Of a stretch of 63,288 nucleotides of DNA, positions 7,829 through 17,291 are shown in pieces (positions within the stretch are counted from its first letter, which is position 1; the number at the start of each line of letters is the position of its first letter). The translations under genes and the position numbers were made by a program. The notes beneath the pieces are model-generated. The model saw only the letters and a list, made by a program, of their open reading frames with translations. It searched no databases and had not been told where the DNA came from. Origin of the DNA: Patescibacteria group bacterium (GTDB taxonomy: Bacteria > Patescibacteriota > Patescibacteriia > 2-02-FULL-49-11); NCBI GenBank assembly GCA_040757655.1, contig JBFLWV010000058.1, forward strand, positions 1 to 63,288. The letters run 5' to 3'.

Positions 7829-8018
7829 CAAATTTCAAAACCCAAATGTCAAATAAAATCCTAATAACCAATATGAACTCAAAACTCAAAAGGCAAAATT
7901 CAAAGGTTCAATTCAAAAATCAAAAGTTTTGGACTATGACTTGCAATTTTGACTTTTGACCTTTGACTTTTGAATGTAGGCTTGGGATTTTATTGGAAAT
8001 GTGAAATTGGGATTTAGG
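7829..8018. repeat. ~190-bp imperfect palindrome built from A-rich simple repeats
   Basis: The left arm (CAAATTTCAAAACCCAAATGTCAAATAAAATCC...TCAAAAG) is mirrored by the right arm (CTTTTGA...GGATTTTATTGGAAATGTGAAATTGGG). Fills the murB-polA spacer. Confidence 0.8.
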
Positions 8019-8023
8019 ATTTT

Positions 8024-10834
8024 TCACTTGCACTCCTCCCAATTTCTCCCCACCCCCACATACACCTCAATGGGCACCTTCAGCGTGGCGACTGATTCCA
8101 TTTCTTCTTTGACCCATTGTGATACCTTGTCAATCAGTTCGTTTTTTACCTCAATGACCAGTTCGTCGTGCACCTGCAGGAGCATGCGCACGGGGCGGGA
8201 TGCAGGCAGCACGTCGGACAATCCTAATCCATTTTTCAGCCGTGCGTCAACTCTGATCATTGCTTTTTTCATCAGGTCGGCGGCAGTCCCTTGGATCGGG
8301 TGGTTGATCGCCATGCGTTCGGCAGCGGCTCTCAAACCTTGGTGTTCTGCGGCGATTTCGGGAAGATAGCGGCGACGGCCGAAGAGCGTTTCTACATATC
8401 CTTTTTCACGTGCCTCCGCAATAGTGTGGTCGACATACATTTTGATTCCTTTATGCACGCGGAAATAGCGCTCAATAAAGTCTTTTGCTTCATCAATCGT
8501 GAGGCCAGATCCCTCCGCGAGGCCGCGCGCGCCTAATCCGTAGAGGATGCCGAAATTAATAGTTTTTGCTTCTCTGCGTTGCTCCGGCGTTACCTTTTCA
8601 TAGGGGACACCAAGAACGTTCGATGCGGTGCGGCGGTGGATGTCCTCGTTGCGATGGAATGAGGTGATCATGGCGGCATCCCCGGTGAGCGATGCCGCGA
8701 TGCGCAATTCGATCTGGGAATAATCAGCTGAGAGGAGCCGAAAACCCCGATCTGCCACAAACGCTTTGCGGATTTCTCTCCCTTGTTCAGTCCGGATGGG
8801 GATATTTTGCAAATTTGGATTGGATGAGGAAAGGCGGCCGGTCGCTGCCACTGTTTGGTTAAAGTCAGTATGGATGCGCCCCGTTGCGGGATCAACTTGT
8901 GCCGGAAGCGCGTCGAGATAGGTGGAGCAGAGTTTAAACAATTCTCGGTACTCCAAAATCAATTCTATAATTGGATGGGTGCCCTTCAACTTCTCAAGCT
9001 CTCCTGCTGCGGTGGAGATGCCAGTTTTCGTTTTTCCTAAGCCCGTGGTTGAGATTTTGAGCTTCTCAAAAAGGATCACTTTCAACTGGGGGGGAGAGTT
9101 GATATTGAATTCCTGGCCTGCCATTTGGTGTATCTTCCTTTCGAGTCTCTGTAAGGTTTTCTTCACGCTTCGCGCCTGTCCTTTCAGTACGCTCGTGTCA
9201 ATTTTTATCCCCACTTCTTCCATGTCGGCAAGGATGGGGATGAGCGGCATTTCGAGCTCCTCAAGAAGCTGCAAGTTTTTTCGCTCCGCAAGGCGTGCGC
9301 GGTACGGTGCGATAAGCCGGAAGGTGAAATCAGCGTCCTCGCATGAATAATTTGCGATATCTTCATGGGGGACCGTTTCCATACTGATCTGATGAGGTCC
9401 TTTTCCAATGAGTTCTTCAATAGGCTGCATTTGGTATCCGAATTCCGTAAACACAGTCGAGTCAAGATTGTGTTGCCGTGATCCGGGATTTAAGAGGTAA
9501 GATGCCACCATGGTGTCGAAGGTAAATCCACACGCAGCAATGCCGGCGTGGCGCAGGACTTCCATGTCAAATTTCACGTTGTGGCCGTATTTTTCGATTT
9601 TTGGATTTTCTAATATTTCTTTCAATTGTTTGGAAATTGGAAATTGGAAATTGGAAATTACCACGTATTGAGCTTCTCCCTCCTTCCAGCAAAAACTTAT
9701 ACCGAGGAGTTTGTCTTTAAAGGGATTAAGCCCTGTAGTCTCTGTATCAAGGACAAATGATCGTTGTGTTTTTAGTACTCGGAGGAGTGCGTCAAATTTT
9801 TCTTCATCGTCAACCAGCGTATAGCGTGCCCCTTTCCATTCGCGGTGGGGGAGTGAGGTGCGCTCAAAGATGCTTCCTTGCGTGTGGCGCGTGGGTGGTT
9901 GTTTGTCTTCTCGTGAAGCTTTTTGTGTGGCAACCTCCACGGAGGTGGGGATTTTTCCTACCAACGACTGGAATCCCCATTGCCGGAAAAGTTGTACCAG
10001 TGCTTGCGTATCACAGCCACCCACGCGCGCGTCCTCAAGATTGAACATAAGCGGCGCATCTCGGACGATAGTGGCAAGTTTCTGTGAGAGAAGAGCGTCT
10101 TTTTTCCCTTGTATCAGTTTTTCCCGTATGCCAGGTTTTACGTCTGGGGTATCATGAGTCTCAATTCCCTCGTATAACCGATCGAGGGTTTTATAACGTG
10201 ACAGTAACTCCGTCGCGGTTTTCTCCCCAATTCCCTTCACCCCGGGGATGTTATCAGAAGGGTCGCCGCGGAGTGCTTTATAGTCAATCATCTGATTGGG
10301 TGCAAGGCCGAAACGCTCTTTCACTGCATCGGCATCATAGATCATGGTATCGGTGAAACCCTTGCGGAAGGTATAGACGTTCGTGTGTTCGTCAATCAAT
10401 TGAAGGGCATCCAGATCACCCGTCACGATGATTGTCTCAAGGTTGTGTTCTTGTGTTTTCGTGTTTTCGTGTTTTCGTGCTAACGTGCCAATAATGTCAT
10501 CTGCTTCAAAACCGTCTTTCTCAATGACTGGCAGGCGGAATGCGCGGATCATGTCCTTGATGAGCGGGATCTGGTCGTAGAGTTCCTGCGGTTGTGTGAT
10601 GCGCTGCGCTTTATACGCTTCGAACATTTTATCGCGGAAGGTGGGCGCCTTGGTGTCAAATGCGACCGCGCAAAACTTCGGCTTGAGGTCTTTGAGTACT
10701 TTCAGGAACGTGAGCGCAAACCCATAGACCGCATTAACGAGCTTGCCGTCCGTTGTTGTTAAGGGAGGCAGGGCATGGAATGCGCGGTGTAATAAAGCGT
10801 TCCCATCAATAATTACAAATTTTTGTAAAGCCAT
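8024..10834 (-). CDS. polA: DNA polymerase I (5'-3' exo, 3'-5' exo-like and polymerase domains)
   Basis: 936 aa. Motifs: IDGNALLHRAFHA, GDPSDNIPGVKGIGEKTA, LLSADYSQIELRI, RREAKTINFGILYG, QVHDELV. Confidence 0.95.
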   Translation of the reverse strand: MALQKFVIIDGNALLHRAFHALPPLTTTDGKLVNAVYGFALTFLKVLKDLKPKFCAVAFDTKAPTFRDKMFEAYKAQRITQPQELYDQIPLIKDMIRAFRLPVIEKDGFEADDIIGTLARKHENTKTQEHNLETIIVTGDLDALQLIDEHTNVYTFRKGFTDTMIYDADAVKERFGLAPNQMIDYKALRGDPSDNIPGVKGIGEKTATELLSRYKTLDRLYEGIETHDTPDVKPGIREKLIQGKKDALLSQKLATIVRDAPLMFNLEDARVGGCDTQALVQLFRQWGFQSLVGKIPTSVEVATQKASREDKQPPTRHTQGSIFERTSLPHREWKGARYTLVDDEEKFDALLRVLKTQRSFVLDTETTGLNPFKDKLLGISFCWKEGEAQYVVISNFQFPISKQLKEILENPKIEKYGHNVKFDMEVLRHAGIAACGFTFDTMVASYLLNPGSRQHNLDSTVFTEFGYQMQPIEELIGKGPHQISMETVPHEDIANYSCEDADFTFRLIAPYRARLAERKNLQLLEELEMPLIPILADMEEVGIKIDTSVLKGQARSVKKTLQRLERKIHQMAGQEFNINSPPQLKVILFEKLKISTTGLGKTKTGISTAAGELEKLKGTHPIIELILEYRELFKLCSTYLDALPAQVDPATGRIHTDFNQTVAATGRLSSSNPNLQNIPIRTEQGREIRKAFVADRGFRLLSADYSQIELRIAASLTGDAAMITSFHRNEDIHRRTASNVLGVPYEKVTPEQRREAKTINFGILYGLGARGLAEGSGLTIDEAKDFIERYFRVHKGIKMYVDHTIAEAREKGYVETLFGRRRYLPEIAAEHQGLRAAAERMAINHPIQGTAADLMKKAMIRVDARLKNGLGLSDVLPASRPVRMLLQVHDELVIEVKNELIDKVSQWVKEEMESVATLKVPIEVYVGVGRNWEECK
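9632..9659 (-). repeat. in-frame (GGAAATT)4 repeat in polA
   Basis: GGAAATTGGAAATTGGAAATTGGAAATT on the plus strand. Encodes ISNFQFPISK in polA. Confidence 0.9.
10445..10480 (-). repeat. in-frame (GTGTTTTC)3 octamer repeat in polA
   Basis: GTGTTCTTGTGTTTTCGTGTTTTCGTGTTTTCGTGC. Encodes ARKHENTKTQEH. Confidence 0.9.
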
Positions 10835-10852
10835 ATAGATAATTCTACCATC

Positions 10853-11962
10853 TTATAGCTCAAGTAATGAATGGATTTCTTCAATAACGTCGTGCAAATA
10901 TTGACGTTCTTCCTCTAATTCTTGCGCGCGGACTTCATAGGGGATTCCTCGCGCGGGATCAATGATTTTTCTCATTATCAGGTTCCTTGCATGGGTGCTC
11001 ACGGTGCCGGGAGGGTCAAGCTCTGGCACAAGTCCGCCATTGAAATTGATTTTGGCGAGCGCAAAGAAGAACTGCTGGAGTTGGTGGCGCAGTTTTTGAT
11101 CCGTGCTTCCCGCAAAACTCTGATGCGCGTCTTGGTACGTGGATGAGGGAGCGTTGACGTGTGCGTGTTGGATAAGGCCGGGATAGCGGTCCTCAATTTT
11201 CCGCACGACAGTTGTGGGATCGAGATCGTGGATGCGGCAGTGTTGGAAATCTATCGTAAGTCCCATATGCTGCGTGTGTGCGTCGTGGAGCAATTCTGCA
11301 AGCATTATCGGGTTGTATACAAATTCAAATTTCTCACGAGGAAGTTGCGCAATAGTGTTCCCTTGCGTTTCTATTGCGATGGCTACTTCTGGCGCAATCT
11401 TATCTCGCGCGTCGGAGAGTTTTTCGACGAGCGATGGAATGTGCGCTTCCGGATGTTTCTTATTCATCAATAGATAGGCAAGTTCTGCTGCGTGCATGAC
11501 GAGCGTTCTCGCACCGACTGCGTGAGCAGTTTCCAGTCCTGCACCAAGACGTCCTTTATCCGTTACTGTTCCGCGCGTATTCCAGGATGGAAGGAATGTT
11601 GGATGCGGGGATGTAAGGCTGTATTTCAGCTTACTGGCAAGGGTTGGCTCTTTTTCCGCACGAGGCATGGCGCAATGCACTGAACGTACTAAGCCTTTAA
11701 GATATTTTTCAAGGTCATTTGTAGATTCTTCTCGCGTAAAGAAACGATTCCCCAGCACGTATTCGATCTGCGGATGAGGTATGCCAAGTTCTCGCAGTTC
11801 TCTAGAGAATTCTTTAAGGAAGAGTGCAGTTAGTTTCAGATTCCAGCCTGTGAGTTCGGGAAACGTGGGTAGGGTGATATTATGAAAAATCCGTTCTCGC
11901 TGTTCAGGAGTTGGGCACTCTGTTTCTTGTTCTGGCATGTGACGATTTTCAAGTTCAGACAT
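10853..11962 (-). CDS. hypothetical protein, possibly xylose-isomerase-like TIM barrel (sugar phosphate isomerase/epimerase fold)
   Basis: ORF 10853..12079 trimmed to the ATG at 11962, just after the gatA stop. His/Glu-containing strand ends (LVMHAAE, AIAIETQ, TIDFQHC, HAHVN) suggest the AP_endonuc_2/TIM fold. Weak call. Confidence 0.4.
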   Translation of the reverse strand: MSELENRHMPEQETECPTPEQRERIFHNITLPTFPELTGWNLKLTALFLKEFSRELRELGIPHPQIEYVLGNRFFTREESTNDLEKYLKGLVRSVHCAMPRAEKEPTLASKLKYSLTSPHPTFLPSWNTRGTVTDKGRLGAGLETAHAVGARTLVMHAAELAYLLMNKKHPEAHIPSLVEKLSDARDKIAPEVAIAIETQGNTIAQLPREKFEFVYNPIMLAELLHDAHTQHMGLTIDFQHCRIHDLDPTTVVRKIEDRYPGLIQHAHVNAPSSTYQDAHQSFAGSTDQKLRHQLQQFFFALAKINFNGGLVPELDPPGTVSTHARNLIMRKIIDPARGIPYEVRAQELEEERQYLHDVIEEIHSLLEL

Positions 11963-11975
11963 AATAGACTGGACT

Positions 11976-13535
11976 TCATAGGACTGACATAGAGAGCGGT
12001 GTCTTGAGATGATGGTCGGTGGTCTGTTGGAAGGCTTTACCCGCATGGAAGAGTCGGGATTCACTAAACGGCGGGGCAATGAGCTGCAATCCTATCGGAA
12101 GATTTGATTGCGGATCGTCAGGTGCAGGAGCAAAGCCGCAGGGGAGGGAGATAGCCGGCAATCCTGCGACGTTCACCGCGACCGTGAAGATATCTGCCAG
12201 ATACATAGCCAAGGGGTCATTTGCCTTTTCCCCGATTTTGAATGCCACGGTAGGCGAAGTGGGGCAGGCGATGAGGTCCACCTCTTTGAACGCCTGGTTA
12301 AAATCATCCCGAATGAGCGTACGCATTTGCTGCGCTTTTTTGTAATAGGCATCGTAGTAGCCGGCGGAGAGCGCATAGGTGCCGATCATTATACGGCGTT
12401 TGGATTCAGGCCCGAGTCCCCGCGTGCGCATGTTTTCATACCACTCAATCAACGCGGACTGACGCGGAACGTCACGCTTGCCTGTATCGCGGAAGGACGC
12501 GGAAGTGTCTGCGCCATTCACACCGCCGTACCTCATCCCATCATACCGCGCAAGATTTGAAGAAACCTCGGAAGGGACGAGAATATAATAAGTGGAAAGC
12601 GCGAGGGGTGCATGGGGGAGCGGAATCATTGTGACTACCGCTCCCAAACCCTCCAATTCCTCTATAGCTTCCCGTACGCATATTTTGACGCCCTCTTCAA
12701 TTCCTTCTGCATCCCAGTTTTTGCCGACATATTCTACGGGGATGCCTATTTTGAGGCCTTTACACCCTCTCTCCGCCAGCGGGCGGGTCTCCCCCTTATT
12801 AGGGGGAGAACCTATTGAGGTGGCGTCGCGCGGGTCATTGCCTTGTATCACGTTGAACACGGTTTCTGCTTCTTCAACAGTGCGGCTGAATACGCCTATC
12901 TGGTCAAGCGATGACGCCATGGCAATGAGGCCGTAGCGCGATATGCTGCCGTAGGTACAGTGCAGTCCCACTAAGCCGCAAAGTGAAGCAGGCTGGCGGA
13001 TGGATCCTCCGGTATCGCTTCCCAACGCGTAGGGCGCGAGTCCTGCGGCAACCGCAACCGCAGAGCCGCCTGATGATCCGCCAGGCACGCGTGTGGCATC
13101 CCAAGGATTTTTTACCGAGCCAAAAGCAGAGTTTTCATTTGACGCGCCCATGGCAAATTCGTCACAATTGGTTTTTCCCAGGAGGACGTATCCTTCTTCT
13201 TGTAGCTTCTCAATCACGGTCGCGTCATAAGGCGGCGTGTAGTGTTCCAGTATTTTTGCACTTGCTGTAGTGCGGATGCCTTTAGTGATAATAACGTCTT
13301 TCACTGCCGCAGGAACGCCAGTTAGGGATTTAAGGGGAAGACCCTGTGCAATCTGGTTATCCACTTCTTGCGCGGAAGCTAATGCTTCTTTCTCTGTAAT
13401 AGTGAGGAACGCGTTCAGTGCAGGATTATATTTCTTAATCCGTCCAAGATATTCTTGCGCAAGCTCACGAGCAGAGAAGTCTTTATGGAGGAGACCTTCG
13501 TGAATTTTTCCTATTGTCAAATTCTCTATCATCAT
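11976..13535 (-). CDS. gatA: Glu/Asp-tRNA amidotransferase subunit A
   Basis: Amidase signature GGSSGGSAVAVAAG. N-terminus ELAQEYLGRIKKYNPALNAF. ATG at 13535 preferred over TTG at 13550. Confidence 0.9.
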   Translation of the reverse strand: MMIENLTIGKIHEGLLHKDFSARELAQEYLGRIKKYNPALNAFLTITEKEALASAQEVDNQIAQGLPLKSLTGVPAAVKDVIITKGIRTTASAKILEHYTPPYDATVIEKLQEEGYVLLGKTNCDEFAMGASNENSAFGSVKNPWDATRVPGGSSGGSAVAVAAGLAPYALGSDTGGSIRQPASLCGLVGLHCTYGSISRYGLIAMASSLDQIGVFSRTVEEAETVFNVIQGNDPRDATSIGSPPNKGETRPLAERGCKGLKIGIPVEYVGKNWDAEGIEEGVKICVREAIEELEGLGAVVTMIPLPHAPLALSTYYILVPSEVSSNLARYDGMRYGGVNGADTSASFRDTGKRDVPRQSALIEWYENMRTRGLGPESKRRIMIGTYALSAGYYDAYYKKAQQMRTLIRDDFNQAFKEVDLIACPTSPTVAFKIGEKANDPLAMYLADIFTVAVNVAGLPAISLPCGFAPAPDDPQSNLPIGLQLIAPPFSESRLFHAGKAFQQTTDHHLKTPLSMSVL

Positions 13536-13685
13536 AGAAAAAATTTTCAATGCCTAAAGTCCAAAAATTTTCAATGCTCAATTTTCAATTTCCAAAGAAT
13601 GTCACAATGACTCAATTTTCAAAAGTTTGGTAATTGATTCATTGGGAATTGATTGAAAATTGGTATTTGAAAATTGAAAATTCGT
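13536..13685. repeat. low-complexity inverted repeat between gatC and gatA
   Basis: TTTTCAATG/TTTCAATTTCC words on the left are mirrored by CATTGGGAATTGATTGAAAATTGG...GAAAATTGAAAA on the right. Confidence 0.7.
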
Positions 13686-13982
13686 TTACGTCTCAAATAC
13701 GCCCGGTACTTTCAAAAAGTCTCCCTCGCGCATTGAGGATTGCGACAAAAATTTATCCCGCGTCATTTCTCCTGATACGCACGTGATGTCATCATTGCGG
13801 GACACATTGAGTGCGCCTGACACGGTATGCGTAGGTTCCACTCCTTCCGTTTTTTGGCTTTGGATTTCGCTCACATAATCAAGAATGGAGGTTAATTGGC
13901 TTCCAAACCCCTTCTGCTCTTCTTCCGAGAGTTTCAAACGCGCAAGGCGGGTGATGTGCTGGATTTCATGTGACAAAGTCAT
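13686..13982 (-). CDS. gatC: Glu/Asp-tRNA amidotransferase subunit C
   Basis: 98 aa. ITRLARLKLSEEEQKGFGSQLTSILDYV is typical GatC. Sits upstream of gatA. Confidence 0.85.
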   Translation of the reverse strand: MTLSHEIQHITRLARLKLSEEEQKGFGSQLTSILDYVSEIQSQKTEGVEPTHTVSGALNVSRNDDITCVSGEMTRDKFLSQSSMREGDFLKVPGVFET

Positions 13983-14023
13983 AGCATTAAGTCATTAAGT
14001 CATGAAGGATGGAAATAGTCAAC

Positions 14024-14330
14024 TTGACTTTCAGAGAGAGAGAGTACTATTTGCCCGATTAGCCGATTAAAAAGGAGGTGAGTGCGATGGCTAAGAAACG
14101 AAATCAATTAGGTGAGGAGCAAAAAAACTCGAATGTGTCGAAGGTATAGGTGAGGTGTCGAGCTCTCCTGAAAGGTGGGGGACGATGTGATGAAATGAGT
14201 GAGGTAGGGAGCGCGAATTGTCCGAATCTGAATAACCATGCGACAAAGCGCTCGCGGGACGAGGACTTATAATCTGCTCTTCTTGGAAGGCTTGTGGGAT
14301 AAGTTAATCTTACAGGCCTTGTTATTTATT
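14024..14330 (+). other. orphan plus-strand unit B: TTGACT-N15-TACTAT promoter-like site, extended SD, 20-codon ORF (14087..14149), terminator-like hairpin
   Basis: TTGACT 14024-14029, (GA)6 spacer, TACTAT 14045-14050, AAAAGGAGGTGA 14070-14081, ATG 14087. Hairpin AAGGCTTGT...ACAGGCCTT plus a T-rich tail at 14287-14330. Both neighbouring genes are on the other strand. Confidence 0.35.
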
Positions 14331-14350
14331 GTATCGGAATTCTAATAATT

Positions 14351-14521
14351 TGTAGCGTCGGAGTTAATCTCCGACCAATCGAGTGGCAGATAAACTGCCA
14401 CGCTACAATTGTTCAATCACCTGTAGCGTCATAGCTGGTCTATGACTCAACCGATCGGGTGGCAGACCCCGATAGTAGAAGCTACGCTTCACTACGGGGC
14501 ACGCAAGCTGCCACGCTACAG
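14351..14521. repeat. REP/BIME-like mosaic hairpin element, copy B (two units)
   Basis: TGTAGCG-TCGGAG-ttaat-CTCCGA...GTGGCAG-ataaa-CTGCCAC-GCTACA; then CTGTAGCG-TCATAG-ctggt-CTATGA...GTGGCAG[...CCCCG..CGGGG...]CTGCCAC-GCTACAG. Confidence 0.8.
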
Positions 14522-14523
14522 AT

Positions 14524-16677
<2,154 letters not shown>

Positions 16678-16681
16678 TAGA

Positions 16682-17197
16682 TTAGGGTCTATACCCTCTC
16701 GACGTCAATTGGTACGTCCCCGGCGCGCCCAAAGGTGGTACCCCATGTTCAAGGTAGAAACGGATGGAGAAATCAGTGCTGGAATTATTGGAGTAGCTAT
16801 AAGCACAGGGCTGTGAGACGCTCTTCACACAAGGCGGGTTTGCGGGCGTGAGGGGATCAAAAGGCGCATGCAGGAGATAGACGGGGTCATCCGGCGAGGC
16901 TACCCAGCCTTGGTTGTCCAATGCGCTTGCGGGAGTAGTGCCAATTATCATGTTTTTCCCTTCAGGATAGGCCCCTTGGGTGTGTTCGTAGAGCGTGAGT
17001 GCAGCGCGCACTTGGCCCAAATCTGCCAGGCGCTTCACGTCCCGTGCCTCCTGCCGCACTTTTTGGATATAACCAAGAGTAAGGGAAGTAAAGACAGTGA
17101 TAATCAACATTACGAAAAAAGCCTCCACCAATGTAAAACCAATCCTCCCCTTGGTAGGGTTATATCGGTAGTTTGGGTGCAGTATATATTTTGCCAT
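16682..17197 (-). CDS. type IV pilin-like protein (prepilin N-terminal cleavage/methylation domain)
   Basis: KGRIG|FTLVEAFFVMLIITVF is a class III signal peptide. ATG at 17197 preferred over TTG at 17203. Confidence 0.75.
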   Translation of the reverse strand: MAKYILHPNYRYNPTKGRIGFTLVEAFFVMLIITVFTSLTLGYIQKVRQEARDVKRLADLGQVRAALTLYEHTQGAYPEGKNMIIGTTPASALDNQGWVASPDDPVYLLHAPFDPLTPANPPCVKSVSQPCAYSYSNNSSTDFSIRFYLEHGVPPLGAPGTYQLTSRGYRP

Positions 17198-17204
17198 GAA
17201 CAAA

Positions 17205-17290
17205 AAATCCTAAATCCTAAATCCTAAATCCTAAACAAATCCAAAAATGGATCGTTTTAGAGTTTAGAGCTTAGAATTTAGAGTTTTGCA
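17205..17290. repeat. (CCTAAAT)4 mirrored by (TTTAGAG)n inverted repeat
   Basis: AATCCTAAATCCTAAATCCTAAATCCTAAAC...TTTTAGAGTTTAGAGCTTAGAATTTAGAGTTTTG. Lies between the adhesin and pilin genes. Confidence 0.8.
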
Positions 17291-17291
17291 T

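Noticed and set aside
7829-8018. Simple-repeat spacers as CRISPR arrays or tandem-repeat VNTR loci
   Set aside because: They are inverted (palindromic) arrangements of 7-nt words without unique spacers. This is not the direct repeat-spacer architecture.
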